Origin: an uncultured Pseudomonadota bacterium
Lineage (GTDB): Bacteria > Oederibacteriota > Muellerivitia > Muellerivitales > Muellerivitaceae
Assembly: GCA_963770835.1 (NCBI GenBank)
Contig: CAVYRH010000011.1
Span: forward strand, 64,001 to 128,000
Length of the DNA stretch: 64,000 nucleotides
Direction: 5' to 3'
Part shown: positions 32,272-42,644 of the stretch, one piece after another
Numbering within the stretch: the stretch's first letter is position 1
Layout of the letters: every line of letters begins with the position of its first letter
Notes under the pieces: generated by a model
What the model was told of the DNA's origin: nothing
Databases searched by the model: none
What the model saw: only the letters and a program-made list of their open reading frames with translations
Program-made: the position numbers and the translations under genes

Positions 32272-32859
32272 ATGACAGCAAAACGTAAAAATAGGAATCC
32301 TGCCCCCCAAGTGGGTGGAAGCCCTCTTCGCGGTGGTAACCCAAAATCTGTGCACCTTGACCGAAAGGCCATCTGTTCGATCGACCACGAATGCACGGGT
32401 TGCCCCACTGCCGCGAAAAGCTGCTGCGCCATGTTCGATGTCTGCGTGAGTGAAGCGGAATTAAACCGGATCATCCCGCTTTTGCCTGAAGCGGCCAAGC
32501 TCTGTCCGCATCTCAAAACCGAAAATGGATACGCCAATGTCTTTGAGGAGGCGGAGAAGGGCCAATTTTCCCTCGATACGCATGAAAACGGCCTCTGCGT
32601 CTTCGCGTTCAAGGCCAATGGATTGATCCGTTGTTCCTTGCACGCGGTCGAGGAGAACCTGGGACTGCCCAGGGGGACCGCAAAACCGGCGGTATGCATC
32701 CTTTGGCCGCTGACATTTTCCGAGAAAGGCGATCTCTTGACCCTCCATGATAAGGCGCTGTCCTGTGAGTGCAGTTCCGTCAGAAAGAAACCGTCGGACC
32801 GGATTTCCCCGGACTTACTGGAGACCATCCGGCATTTTGGTGTAGAGGCCTCAACCTAA
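32272..32859 (+). CDS. Cys-rich YkgJ/DUF3109-like protein
   Basis: CTGC...CC; CVF; CSLH; KPAVCILWP. Confidence 0.7.
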   Translation: MTAKRKNRNPAPQVGGSPLRGGNPKSVHLDRKAICSIDHECTGCPTAAKSCCAMFDVCVSEAELNRIIPLLPEAAKLCPHLKTENGYANVFEEAEKGQFSLDTHENGLCVFAFKANGLIRCSLHAVEENLGLPRGTAKPAVCILWPLTFSEKGDLLTLHDKALSCECSSVRKKPSDRISPDLLETIRHFGVEAST

Positions 32860-32869
32860 CTAAGAGGTT

Positions 32870-33002
32870 GTACACGAAGGGGAGTCCCAAGCCCCTGGCT
32901 TGGCGCAGTGGCTTTGGACAGGTTGAAATCCCATCTATATCGGACAGGGCCGTCTTTGGGGTTTCAACACCTGGAAATCCGCCCCTCAACCATTGATTGA
33001 AA
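32870..33002 (+). repeat. Palindromic array site 2 (expanded variant) plus conserved tail
   Basis: GTACACGAAGGGGA-CCAAGCCCCTGGCTTGG-TGGACAGGTTGAAATCCC...ATTGATTGA; tail matches 48944-49022. Confidence 0.8.
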
Positions 33003-33265
33003 ATGCGGCAGGAACTTTTAAAGGGTCCCCATGCCCCGCCCGCGCCCATAACCACCACATCGAAAATTTTCACGGGCCGCCTATTACCGGATTTACGAAA
33101 AACGTTTGCTTATTTCTTTGACCCGAAAAAAGCGTTAAAGCTCGAAACGCATATCGCGCGCCAATGGGCTCCACAGGAAAACGTGCCTACCTAATTTAAC
33201 TTTCCAAAGCTTCCAAAGCCGGCTGGCCCTTCCTTAAATGGAATCGAAGGACAAAGGAGGCGTCT

Positions 33266-33766
33266 ATGCTGACTCAAACCAAAAGCTGGTTGGTTTTGTT
33301 GTTGGTCTTAGGAGTGTTGTTGGTCCCGGTTTTTTCAAAAGCCGAACCGGTCTACAAGCCCACCTCCGACGGGGGAAACTTCGGGCTTGGCCTGGAACTG
33401 GGGGAACCCGGTTCCTGGGGCATTGACGGGAAGGTGTGGATCGACCGCGAGAACGCCTTTCAAGGCGCGGTCAAACTGCCGTCCGGTGCGGCTGTTTTGC
33501 AGCTGGATTATCTTTGGCACGACTTCAACCTCATCCACATGAAAAACACCGAGGGTGAATGGCCCTTTTATGTGGGTGTGGGCGGCGACTTGTCCCTTGA
33601 CAGCCCGGCGGCCCTGGGGGCCCGGGTGCCGGTGGGGATGTCGTACATCTTCGACAAGAGGAACGTGCCGGTGGATATCTACCTTCAACTGGTGCCGACC
33701 TTGTGGTTGACCGGTGACACAAGCTTCGACGTTTACGCGGAATTCGGCGCCCATTACTACTTTTAA
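33266..33766 (+). CDS. Hypothetical outer-membrane beta-barrel-like protein
   Basis: Signal peptide; C-terminal YYF. Confidence 0.65.
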   Translation: MLTQTKSWLVLLLVLGVLLVPVFSKAEPVYKPTSDGGNFGLGLELGEPGSWGIDGKVWIDRENAFQGAVKLPSGAAVLQLDYLWHDFNLIHMKNTEGEWPFYVGVGGDLSLDSPAALGARVPVGMSYIFDKRNVPVDIYLQLVPTLWLTGDTSFDVYAEFGAHYYF

Positions 33767-33789
33767 CAAGAAACGACAAGGAGGACGAA

Positions 33790-34074
33790 ATGAACGGGCA
33801 TGAATTGGTCTGGTACCTGATCGTCGGCCTTTTAACCGGCTGGATCTCCAGCCTCCTGGTCCAAGGGCGGGGCATGGGCATGGTCCGGGACACGGCCGTG
33901 GGCATTCTGGGGGCCCTTTTTGGGGGCTGGATGGCGAGGGAACTCGGCATTCCCATCGGCGGGTTTTTCAGCGCCTTGGCCATGGCCATCGTGGGATCGG
34001 TGCTTTTCCTGGTCGTCCTGAGGGCTTGGTTCTTTTCCCGGGGCCGGAAAGTCTGGGTGATCAAAACCAAGTAA
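33790..34074 (+). CDS. GlsB/YeaQ/YmgE family membrane protein
   Basis: LIVGLLTGW...GILGALFGG...AIVGSVLFL. Confidence 0.85.
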   Translation: MNGHELVWYLIVGLLTGWISSLLVQGRGMGMVRDTAVGILGALFGGWMARELGIPIGGFFSALAMAIVGSVLFLVVLRAWFFSRGRKVWVIKTK

Positions 34075-34120
34075 CAAAATCCATCTAGCCCCTTGAAAAG
34101 GGGTCGGGAAGGGGGTTGTT

Positions 34121-34662
34121 ATGATAATAAGACTTTTGATTCTTGGTTTGGTGTGGCTGGGGCTGGCGGCCCAGCCCGGTTTCGGCCAAAGCCTCGGCCT
34201 GGAGGCAGGGGCTAATTTCGCGAACCTGAACGGCAAGGACGTCAACAACGTCGTAGCCTCCCGTTTGGGTATCGTCGGGGGCGGATTCCTCTATTTGCCC
34301 TTAAGCCCAAGCTTGGCTTTCCAGCCGGAGGTCCTTTACGCCCAAAAGGGCGCGAAAACGGCCGACGGAACCACAACCTACCAGTTGGATTACGTGGAGA
34401 TCCCCGTGCTTTTGGAGATTTCCCTGGGCTTGCCGGTAGTCGCCCTGGAATCCTGTTGGGGCCGTCCTTTGACGCCAATGTGGCGTCCAGCGGCCTCTCC
34501 AACGTGGCCCCCGCGGATGTGGGGGTCATCGGGGGCGTTCAAGTCCATTTCGACCCCGTTCTTTTGAGCGGGCGCTACGAGCTGGGTTTGACCAACGTGA
34601 CATCGGACCGGAATTTACAAAACGGAACATTCACCTTCCTGGTGGGGCTGATGTTCCTTTAA
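34121..34662 (+). pseudogene. Porin-family beta-barrel gene with a frameshift near 34445
   Basis: FQPEVLYAQKG...LDYVEIPVL continues in another frame as GPSF...RYELGLTNV...GLMFL; could be a sequencing error. Confidence 0.65.
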
Positions 34663-34734
34663 AAACGACGAAGGGAACCGCCAAGGGCCTTTGTCCTTGG
34701 CGGTTCAAAAGGTTTATGGCTTTGGGGAGGGAAT

Positions 34735-35433
34735 ATGGAAACAACCTCCGGTACGGTTGCAACCGAGCCTTTTCGTTTCTACGAATGCATCCTCATGGTG
34801 AGGCCCTTGGGGATAAGGGCGTTGAACCTGCGCGAATTCCTCTTCGCCTTGAAAAGCGTGGATACGGAATGCATCCATCACCACTTCCACCAGGCCTCGC
34901 TGAAACACCAGTTCGACATCGCCGACTACCCCAGCGATTTCGCCCAATGGGCCGCCCTGCTGCTGGAGGACGCCGCGCTGGGTGAAAAACTCGGCAACCT
35001 GAATCCCTACCACTTCGAAAGCCTGGACTTGCTGAAGGAAAACCTGCTGGAAATCGTGGAGGACCACCTTTTCGATTCACCTTTCGTGCCCTCGGCCAAA
35101 CCGGGAATGGAATTCCACTTTTGCTCCGACACGACCCTGGTGGTGGACACGGGCCGGGAAGTGCGGACCTTGAGCCAGTTCCGGCAGTCTCTGGAACACG
35201 TGGACAACAGCTCCCTTTACTACCATTTCTACGAATCCCGGTTCCGGCTGCCGGGCACCCACTCGGACGATTTTTCGAATTTTTTCGAGAAGTCCCTGGG
35301 CTTGGCCGGCCTGGCCCAGGCCGTGAGGTCCATGGAGATTTATTTCACCCGGCTTAAGGAAGTGCGGGCCGGCCTGATGAACCTGGTGGACCAGGAGCTG
35401 GGACGCAGTCAATCGAAGGAGGGGATGCCATGA
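34735..35433 (+). CDS. DUF5752-like protein associated with TreT
   Basis: EPFRFY; SDFAQW; SSLYYHFYESR. Confidence 0.7.
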   Translation: METTSGTVATEPFRFYECILMVRPLGIRALNLREFLFALKSVDTECIHHHFHQASLKHQFDIADYPSDFAQWAALLLEDAALGEKLGNLNPYHFESLDLLKENLLEIVEDHLFDSPFVPSAKPGMEFHFCSDTTLVVDTGREVRTLSQFRQSLEHVDNSSLYYHFYESRFRLPGTHSDDFSNFFEKSLGLAGLAQAVRSMEIYFTRLKEVRAGLMNLVDQELGRSQSKEGMP

Positions 35434-36680
35434 CCACCGCCACGGCCGTGAGAACTCCGGCTCCCAGCCTGGCCGAATACGAAAGGGTCATCGGAAAGCA
35501 GCGCATCGACCTCCTGCAACGCCTGGCCGGCCGCTTGAAAGGCAAGACCCTGACCCACGTGAATTCCACCAAGGAAGGGGGAGGGGTGGCGGAAATCCTC
35601 AACCGGGCCGTGCCGCTCTTGAACGACTTGGGAATCGCCACCGACTGGCAGGTGATCGAGGGAAACCCGGATTTCTTCAAGGCCACCAAGGCCTTCCACA
35701 ACGGCCTCCAGGGCAACGAGGTGGCCTTGAGCCCCCGGATGCGGGAGGCCTACCTGGCGGTGAACGAAGAAAACGTGAAAAGGCTCCGGCTGGAAGCGGA
35801 CGTGGTTTTTATCCACGACCCCCAGCCGGCGGCCCTGATTCAACATGCCCGTAACCGGGGCAAATGGCTGTGGCGCTGCCATATCGACGCCAGCCGCCCC
35901 AACCGCGGCGTTTGGAAGTTCCTGCGGCAGTTCGTCGTCCGGTACGACGCCTCAGTGTTTTCCATGCCGGCCTTCGCCCAAAGCCTGCCGCACCCGCAGT
36001 ACATCGTCCATCCTTCCATCGACCCCTTGAGCGATAAAAACCGGGATTTAACGGAAGTGGAAATCCAGGTGGTCCTGGACCGGCTGGAGATTCCCCGGGA
36101 TAAGCCGATCATCCTGCAGGTCTCGCGGTTCGACCGGTTCAAGGACCCCCTGGGGGTGGTGAAGGCCTTCCAGATGGTGCGCCAAAGCCGCCCCTGCCGG
36201 CTGGTCCTGGCCGGCGGCGGCGCCAGCGACGACCCGGAGGGATTGGAGGTGCTGGCCGAGGTGAAAAGCGCGGCCGGCAACGACCCCGATATCCACATCC
36301 TGCTGCTTCCCTCGGACAGCCACCTGGAAATCAACGCCCTGCAAAGGGCGGCCAACGTGGTGGTGCAAAAGTCGCTCAAGGAGGGTTTTGGGCTGACCGT
36401 GACGGAAGCCCTGTGGAAAGGAAAGCCCGTGGTAGGGGGCGCCACGGGGGGAATCACCCTGCAGGTGCACAACTACCACACGGGCTTCCTGGTGCATTCA
36501 GCCGAGGGCGCGGCCTACCGCATCCGCTACCTGCTGAGCCGCCCGGAGGACGGGCTTCGGATGGGGAAAACGGCCCGCGAGTTCGTGCGGGACCACTTCC
36601 TGATCACCCGGCAGGTGCAGGATTACATGGCCTTAATGCTGATCCTGCTGTCGGGCGAAACGCGGGAGATTTTCATTTGA
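35430..36680 (+). CDS. treT: Trehalose synthase-like GT4 glycosyltransferase
   Basis: NSTKEGGGVAEIL; HDPQP; WRCHID; SRFDRFKDP; EGFGLTVTEALWK. Confidence 0.85.
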   Translation: MTTATAVRTPAPSLAEYERVIGKQRIDLLQRLAGRLKGKTLTHVNSTKEGGGVAEILNRAVPLLNDLGIATDWQVIEGNPDFFKATKAFHNGLQGNEVALSPRMREAYLAVNEENVKRLRLEADVVFIHDPQPAALIQHARNRGKWLWRCHIDASRPNRGVWKFLRQFVVRYDASVFSMPAFAQSLPHPQYIVHPSIDPLSDKNRDLTEVEIQVVLDRLEIPRDKPIILQVSRFDRFKDPLGVVKAFQMVRQSRPCRLVLAGGGASDDPEGLEVLAEVKSAAGNDPDIHILLLPSDSHLEINALQRAANVVVQKSLKEGFGLTVTEALWKGKPVVGGATGGITLQVHNYHTGFLVHSAEGAAYRIRYLLSRPEDGLRMGKTAREFVRDHFLITRQVQDYMALMLILLSGETREIFI

Positions 36681-38134
36681 AAACTCCGGTGCTGTCCAGG
36701 CCGGGGCTGGAGTTCCAGCCCCCCTCCATCGAAACCCGCCGACTCATCGTCGTCAGCAACCGGGAACCCTATGTCCTCAAGAAAACCGGCCGGACCTGGG
36801 CCTACCAAAGGACCATCGGCGGCTTGGTCTCGGCCCTGGACCTGGTGCTTCGCGTCACGAAGGGAACCTGGGTTTCCTGGGGCGGCGCCCAGGGCTATTC
36901 CTTTTCCGGCGGCGGGGAAGACCAGCGCGAGGCCGCGGGCAAACCGCCCTACCGGCTGGCCTCGGTCAACCTGTCGGAAAAACAGGTCGAGCATTTTTAC
37001 GAGGGCTTCTCCAACGGCCAGCTCTGGCCCCTGTTCCATTCCTTCCTGGAGCGCTGCCGTTTCAACGGGGAGGATTGGCCTTATTACAAGCTGGTCAACC
37101 AAAAGTTCGCCGTGGCGGCGGAAAAACTGGCCCGGGCAGGGGACCTTCTTTGGATCCAGGACTATCACTTGTGCCTGGCGCCAGGGATGATCCGCGCCAA
37201 AAGGCCCCGGCAGAAGATCGGCTTTTTCTGCCACATCCCCTTTCCTCCCCCGGAGGTTTTCCGGGCCCTGCCCCGGCGCAAGGAACTGCTCCAGGGGCTG
37301 CTGGGTTCCACCCTGATCGGCTTCCAGGGCCTCCGGGCCCGGAACAACTTCCTGGAGTGCGTGGCCGAAATCCTCCCGGAGGAGGCCCAGGTGCGTAACA
37401 ACACGGTTTTCCTGGGGGACCATGACTGCCGCGTGATAGCCTGCCCCATCGGCATTGACTTCGTTTTCTACAAGTCCCTGGCCGAATCCCGCGCCGCGGA
37501 GGAGAAGGCCCTGGCCTTGAAGAAAGAGGTCAACTGCCGCTTCATCGGCCTGGGCGTGGACCGGCAGGATTACACCAAGGGCATCCTGCAGAGGCTCCTG
37601 GCCATCGAGCGGCTTTTGGAGGACCATCCGGCCTACCGGAAAGAGCTGGTCTTCCTCCAAGTGATGGTTCCCAGCCGGGCCCATTTGCCCGAGTACAAGG
37701 CCCTGAAGGCGGAAATCGAGCTGGCCGTGGGCCGCATCAACGGCAAGTTCCAGGACCGGACCTGGAGCCCGATCCTTTATTACTACAAGGGATTCACGCC
37801 CAACGAGCTGGCGGCTTTTTACCGCCTGGCGGATTTCGCGCTCGTCACCCCCTTGAGGGACGGCATGAACCTGGTTTCCAAGGAATACGCGGCCTGCAGC
37901 GTGAAAAACGCGGGATCGCTCATCCTTTCCGAGTTCACCGGCGCCGCCGAACAACTGAAGGAGGCCTGGCTGGTCAATCCCTACGACATTGGGCAGGTGG
38001 CGGATACGATCCACCAAGTCCTGAACCTGCCCCGGGACGAAGTGGAGCGCCGCATGTCGAGCCTGCGCTACCGCATCCACCAGCAGGACATCCATTGGTG
38101 GGTGGAAACTTTCTTGAGGGAATTATTGGCCTAA
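36677..38134 (+). CDS. otsA: Trehalose-6-phosphate synthase
   Basis: VVSNREP; GGLVSAL; WIQDYHL; HIPFP; LRDGMNLVSKEY. Confidence 0.92.
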   Translation: MKTPVLSRPGLEFQPPSIETRRLIVVSNREPYVLKKTGRTWAYQRTIGGLVSALDLVLRVTKGTWVSWGGAQGYSFSGGGEDQREAAGKPPYRLASVNLSEKQVEHFYEGFSNGQLWPLFHSFLERCRFNGEDWPYYKLVNQKFAVAAEKLARAGDLLWIQDYHLCLAPGMIRAKRPRQKIGFFCHIPFPPPEVFRALPRRKELLQGLLGSTLIGFQGLRARNNFLECVAEILPEEAQVRNNTVFLGDHDCRVIACPIGIDFVFYKSLAESRAAEEKALALKKEVNCRFIGLGVDRQDYTKGILQRLLAIERLLEDHPAYRKELVFLQVMVPSRAHLPEYKALKAEIELAVGRINGKFQDRTWSPILYYYKGFTPNELAAFYRLADFALVTPLRDGMNLVSKEYAACSVKNAGSLILSEFTGAAEQLKEAWLVNPYDIGQVADTIHQVLNLPRDEVERRMSSLRYRIHQQDIHWWVETFLRELLA

Positions 38135-38370
38135 ACCGCGGGCGGAAAGCCGGGCCGCCGCCAATTTTGACTGGACGGAAAATTGAAAGGGTGAACATCC
38201 CCTTGAGGGTTTTTTATTTCGCCAATTTCTTCGAACCTCCCCTTGTACCACCCCCAACGACCCGCCTATTGTTGATCTTAAGGGAAGAAAAAATAACGTT
38301 GTCCGGGTGACCCCGGTTCCTTTGGGGAGGGAAGGGGACCGCGGCTCGCCGGGAGAGGAAGGGAAAAGCC

Positions 38371-39147
38371 ATGGATAACTCAGTGGAAGTCAAACTCCTT
38401 TTGGTCGATGACACGCCCGCCAACCTCGTCACCCTGGAAGCGGTGTTGGACCCGCTTCAGTATGGCATCGTGAAAGCCCGCTCGGGATTGGAAGCAATCG
38501 AAATCCTTAGAACCACCGACATCAGCCTGGTCCTTCTCGACGTCCAAATGCCCCAGTTGGACGGGTTTGAGACCGCCAGGCTTATCAAGGAAAGAATACC
38601 GGAGAAAAACGTCCCCATCATTTTCATGACAGCCATTTACAAGGAAGATCCCTACATCCACAAAGGCTATGAGGTGGGCGGCGTGGATTATTTTGGAAAG
38701 CCCTTCGACCCCCAGGTTTTAAAAGCCAAGGTCCGCCTTCACGCCGAGATGTACCGCCAGTCCAAGCTCCTCCAGCAAATGGAGAAAAAACTGGCGGAGG
38801 CGGACCGCAGGTACAAACTGCTGCTCGACAGCGTCTTGGACATCCTTTGCGTGACATCCCCGGATGGAACCCTGGTTTATTTAAACGGGGCTTTTGAGGA
38901 CCAATCGGGCCAAAAAACGGAGGAATGGGTTGGTAAGAACCTCTCCTCCCTGGTCCGTCCCAAAGACCTGAAGGAAGTCATGAGGTGCATTACGGAAACG
39001 GTGAATGAGCAAAAACGCCGTGTGATTAAAACGGCCATCTTGGAAGGGTCGGGCCGGTACCTTCCCGTTAAGCTCTATACCCGGCCCTTTGTCCCGGATG
39101 GGGAAATCGAGGGAGCCATTTGCGTGGCCCGCCGCGTTCCCGCGTGA
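38371..39147 (+). CDS. Response regulator with a PAS domain
   Basis: LLVDD; LLDVQMP; KPF; C-terminal PAS. Confidence 0.85.
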   Translation: MDNSVEVKLLLVDDTPANLVTLEAVLDPLQYGIVKARSGLEAIEILRTTDISLVLLDVQMPQLDGFETARLIKERIPEKNVPIIFMTAIYKEDPYIHKGYEVGGVDYFGKPFDPQVLKAKVRLHAEMYRQSKLLQQMEKKLAEADRRYKLLLDSVLDILCVTSPDGTLVYLNGAFEDQSGQKTEEWVGKNLSSLVRPKDLKEVMRCITETVNEQKRRVIKTAILEGSGRYLPVKLYTRPFVPDGEIEGAICVARRVPA

Positions 39148-39152
39148 AGGGT

Positions 39153-39314
39153 ATGGAACAGGGCGAATCCTGCCAATGCCACGAATGCGGTCTTCACTAC
39201 CAAGACCCGGAAACCGCGAAAAAATGCGAAGAGTGGTGCAAAGCCAACCATAGCTGCAACCTGGAGATTACCAAGTTGTCGATTGAGCGGACCCTCAAGC
39301 GGAAACCGTCTTAA
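39153..39314 (+). CDS. Small Cys/His-rich protein
   Basis: CHECGLHY...AKKCEEWC...SCNLEI. Confidence 0.6.
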   Translation: MEQGESCQCHECGLHYQDPETAKKCEEWCKANHSCNLEITKLSIERTLKRKPS

Positions 39315-39318
39315 GGGT

Positions 39319-39543
39319 GTCCGCGGCGGGGAGCACCAAGCCCCCGGCTTGGTGCGGTGGCATTGGACAAGTTGAAATCCCATTCCCGCGCCGGCAATGA
39401 TGGTGTCCAAGCCTTTCAAGGGCAAATCTTAGCTATCCCCAATCGCCCTCCTTGGTTATAAAATACCGCAAGTTTTCGGGGTTCCCTGTGAGCTGTTGAC
39501 CGTCAACTGTGAACCGGTGTTAAAGGCTCCGCGCCTTCCCGGT
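39319..39543 (+). repeat. Palindromic array site 3 (expanded variant) plus duplicate of the recN upstream region
   Basis: GTCCGCGGCGGGGA...TTGGACAAGTTGAAATCCC; GGCAAATCTTAGCTATCCC...CCGGTGTTAAAGGCTCCGC matches 51838-51949. Confidence 0.85.
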
Positions 39544-39664
39544 TTATGGAACGGTTTCTTTTCTCCATTTATTCCGGCAACAGCGATGGTGCGGTGCATA
39601 CATAAATAATAGGGTTACCGCGATTTTACGGATTCTTTTGTGTGATTCAAGAAAGGGAGGGGTC

Positions 39665-40924
39665 ATGGAAGAGCAAGGCGTAAAGTTGTACCCGTACCGA
39701 TGGGTGATGCTCGCGATCTTCATGCTGATCAACGTCATGGTGCAAGTGCTGTGGATCGGTTACGCGCCCATCGCGACGCTGGCGGCTAACGCTTACGGGG
39801 TGAAACGCGAGGACATCGACCTCCTGGCGAACATGTTCATGCTCATCTACATCGTCGTCGCGTTCCCGGCGGCATGGGCCATCGATACCTACGGTTTCAA
39901 GAAAGCCGTCGGGTTCGGCGCCCTGCTGATGGGGGCTTTCGGGCTGCTCCGCGCCTTGTTTCCCACGAATTACACGATGGCGGTCGTGGGATCGATCGGA
40001 ATATCGATCGGACAGCCCTTCCTTTTAAACGCCTTCACCAAATTGGCCGCGCTTTGGTTCCCGCAAAAACACAGGGCCACCATCACGGGCGTCATTTTCC
40101 TCGCCTTGTTTTTGGGCATCGGGCTCGGTGAAGTGCTGGGGCCGGGATTGGTTTCCGCCTGCGGTTTCGCCGGACTGCAGCTCATCTATGGCATCGCCTC
40201 GGCCGTGTCGGCCCTGTTGTTCGTCGCGCTGGCCCGGTCCGGGCCGCCGACGCCGGCGAGCCCCCCGGGGGAGGAGGTCCGCGCGCTGGTGCTGGACAGC
40301 CTAAGGCAGATCCTGAGAAACAAGAGCGTCTACATCCTCTCCCTCGCGCTGTTCCTCGCCAGCGGCATCGTGAACGGCGTGTTCACGCTCATCGACGGGC
40401 TCGACCCGGAGCTTTCGCTCACGGTCGACCAGGGCGTGCTGTTGACGGCCTTGTTGCTCCTCGGCGGGATCGTCGGCAGCATCGTGATCCCCGCGGTTTC
40501 GGACGCCTTAGGACGCCGGAAGCTGGTACTGGTCATCGCGGTTTTCCTGGCGGTGCCCTCCACGTTGGGCTTGGTGCTCGGGAGGGGCTTCGTCCTCGAG
40601 GTCATTTGCTTCTTTGTCATGGGCTTCGCGGTCACGGGCGTCACGCCGGTGGCCTATCAATACGGCGCCGAAATCACCTTTCCGGCCCCCGAGGGAACGA
40701 GCAACGGGGTTTTCGCCCTGGTCGTACAGGCGTCCGGCCTCCTGATCGTCCTGATGGACGCGTTACGGGGAACCTTCCATAACTCTTACATCCCATCCTT
40801 TGTCGGCCTCGCGGTGTTACTGGGGGGATCGGCTTTCCTCATGCTATCGCTCTCCGAGTCCCCGAAGATGGCCCGTCCATCGACAGCCACCGGGCCGGAA
40901 CCGGTATCGGACACAACACTGTAA
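39665..40924 (+). CDS. MFS transporter
   Basis: About 12 TM helices; AALWFP..HRA; SDALGRRK; EITFPAPEG. Confidence 0.85.
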   Translation: MEEQGVKLYPYRWVMLAIFMLINVMVQVLWIGYAPIATLAANAYGVKREDIDLLANMFMLIYIVVAFPAAWAIDTYGFKKAVGFGALLMGAFGLLRALFPTNYTMAVVGSIGISIGQPFLLNAFTKLAALWFPQKHRATITGVIFLALFLGIGLGEVLGPGLVSACGFAGLQLIYGIASAVSALLFVALARSGPPTPASPPGEEVRALVLDSLRQILRNKSVYILSLALFLASGIVNGVFTLIDGLDPELSLTVDQGVLLTALLLLGGIVGSIVIPAVSDALGRRKLVLVIAVFLAVPSTLGLVLGRGFVLEVICFFVMGFAVTGVTPVAYQYGAEITFPAPEGTSNGVFALVVQASGLLIVLMDALRGTFHNSYIPSFVGLAVLLGGSAFLMLSLSESPKMARPSTATGPEPVSDTTL

Positions 40925-41049
40925 CGAAACCCCATGGCGCGCCGGTGATGGCCACGTCGAAGTATTTCGGTACGCTTTGCTTAATCAAGGCAAGCCCGGA
41001 TTGGGCGAAGAAACAGTAAATATTCGGCTGTCAAATGAGGGAGGCGCGA

Positions 41050-41370
41050 ATGTTTGAAAATCTGGATAAGTTTTTAAATAAGTTGTCGGATACGGATTGG
41101 GTATGGTGGCCGGTTTTGCGTTGGCGCCCCGCCCCCAAAAGTAATTTCACCACTTTGTTGGTTCTCAAAATACTGGCCAGCGCCGTGCCGGTGGGAGCCG
41201 TTGGATTGGCTTTGTTGGTCCTAATGGTGGAAAAACAACCGGAATGGTTGTCTTATTGGCTTGGCCTATCGGTGGCTTCTTTGTCCTTTTTTTTGGTTCT
41301 CGAATTTATGTTTGCTCCGGCATGGAACCGGCGAGCCGAAAAACTTCGTAAAGAAAAACGCCGGAAATGA
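41050..41370 (+). CDS. Small membrane protein, paralog of 58439
   Basis: DTDWVWWPVLRWRPA...WNRRA. Confidence 0.65.
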   Translation: MFENLDKFLNKLSDTDWVWWPVLRWRPAPKSNFTTLLVLKILASAVPVGAVGLALLVLMVEKQPEWLSYWLGLSVASLSFFLVLEFMFAPAWNRRAEKLRKEKRRK

Positions 41371-41383
41371 CTTGGGGAGCTTT

Positions 41384-41473
41384 GTCCACGACCTGTCTCC
41401 AGACCTATCCCCCGGAACTTTAGTGTAGGGGGAAGCTCGATGAGCGTAGGGAGTACGGGGACCCAGAGTGGAC
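41384..41473 (+). repeat. Palindromic array site 4 containing a REP-like insert
   Basis: GTCCACGAC-[insert]-ACGGGGACCCAGAGTGGAC. Confidence 0.75.
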
Positions 41474-41548
41474 GATAATTATTTGAACGTAGATATAAGA
41501 ATGGGATCGGGATTGGATCAGGGAAACCAATTAGAAATCGGGAACCGA

Positions 41549-41773
41549 ATGGATATAAGACTGGTGCTCGCAGGACTTGCAATAATACTAATGATACTTA
41601 TTCATTTATTCTTTATTGGCTTCGTACGAGGAGCAAACGCATTAGAATTTCCTCTTTTTACCAAAAAAGATAATCCAAATATGTTTTGGTTCTTTGTTTG
41701 TCTGATTTTTATTTTGCTTTCGGTTTTGATTATTTTATGTTGGAAGTCTATTTCCGTCATTCCGGCTCATTGA
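41549..41773 (+). CDS. Small two-TM hypothetical protein
   Basis: KKDNPNMFW between hydrophobic segments. Confidence 0.55.
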   Translation: MDIRLVLAGLAIILMILIHLFFIGFVRGANALEFPLFTKKDNPNMFWFFVCLIFILLSVLIILCWKSISVIPAH

Positions 41774-41786
41774 TAATTTTCCGGTT

Positions 41787-41812
41787 GTCCGCGAAGGGGA
41801 CCCGGATTGGAC
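41787..41812 (+). repeat. Palindromic array site 5 (empty, degenerate)
   Basis: GTCCGCGAAGGGGACCCGGATTGGAC. Confidence 0.75.
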
Positions 41813-41858
41813 AGGAAACACAACGCGGTTTTGAGATGTATTCAAGAAAAGGAAAATT

Positions 41859-42527
41859 ATGAGTGCCCTGGAAAGGGATGACCCGAGCCTGGGCCGCATC
41901 AGTGCCTTCAGTGACGGGGTGTTCGCCTTTGCCATCACTTTATTGGTCCTGGCGATCCGCATCCCGCATCCAACCGATGCCGACGCCGCCCAGGGACTGC
42001 TGGCTCTTTTGGCCCAACAGTGGAGGACTTACATCGTCTACGCCATGAGCTTCATGAACATCGGAATCAACTGGACGAACCACCGGATGATGTTCTCGAC
42101 CTTCAAACGCGCCGACCATACCCTCGTTTGGCTCAACCTCCTGTACCTGATGGTAGGGGTCGCCTTCATGCCCGTCCCGACGGCGGTCCTAGGCGCGTGG
42201 CTGGGGGACCCCCACAACCAGGTCGTTGCCACCGTGTTCTACGGAGCTTCCGCTACCCTCGGAGGGGTTGTCTATAATCTGGTTTGGTGGTACGGGGCCT
42301 ACGTCGCCAAGCTAACCTCCCCGGCTCTTACCGCGAGCAAACGGCACGCCCATACTGCGGCTTGGGCTCCGGCCCCGCTTTTCGCCGCCACGCTTTCGGC
42401 TGTTGCCTTCGCGAATCCCGGCCTGGCGGTGGCTGGCTATGTGATCGTCATTTTCGCTTACGTATTGCCACTTCCGGGGTTGTTGGCGATGGTGCGGCGG
42501 CGTAGCTCTCGAGGGAGAAAAGGATAA
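41859..42527 (+). CDS. TMEM175 family potassium channel
   Basis: RISAFSDGVFAFAITLLVL signature; W.NH. Confidence 0.9.
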   Translation: MSALERDDPSLGRISAFSDGVFAFAITLLVLAIRIPHPTDADAAQGLLALLAQQWRTYIVYAMSFMNIGINWTNHRMMFSTFKRADHTLVWLNLLYLMVGVAFMPVPTAVLGAWLGDPHNQVVATVFYGASATLGGVVYNLVWWYGAYVAKLTSPALTASKRHAHTAAWAPAPLFAATLSAVAFANPGLAVAGYVIVIFAYVLPLPGLLAMVRRRSSRGRKG

Positions 42528-42556
42528 AAAAATAGGTTCAATCATCACAGAACTTT

Positions 42557-42582
42557 GTCCATGAAGGGGACCCATCGTGGAC
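42557..42582 (+). repeat. Palindromic array site 6 (empty)
   Basis: GTCCATGAAGGGGACCCATCGTGGAC. Confidence 0.85.
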
Positions 42583-42644
42583 AGGTATGGGTCATCAGAA
42601 AATGAAACATTGATGTCTAACAAATAGGAGCAAGTGTTAACTAA

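Noticed and set aside
40991..41006. CAAGCCCGGATTGGGC after the MFS gene as a twelfth site
   Set aside because: It resembles only the right half of site 5 and is too degenerate to count.
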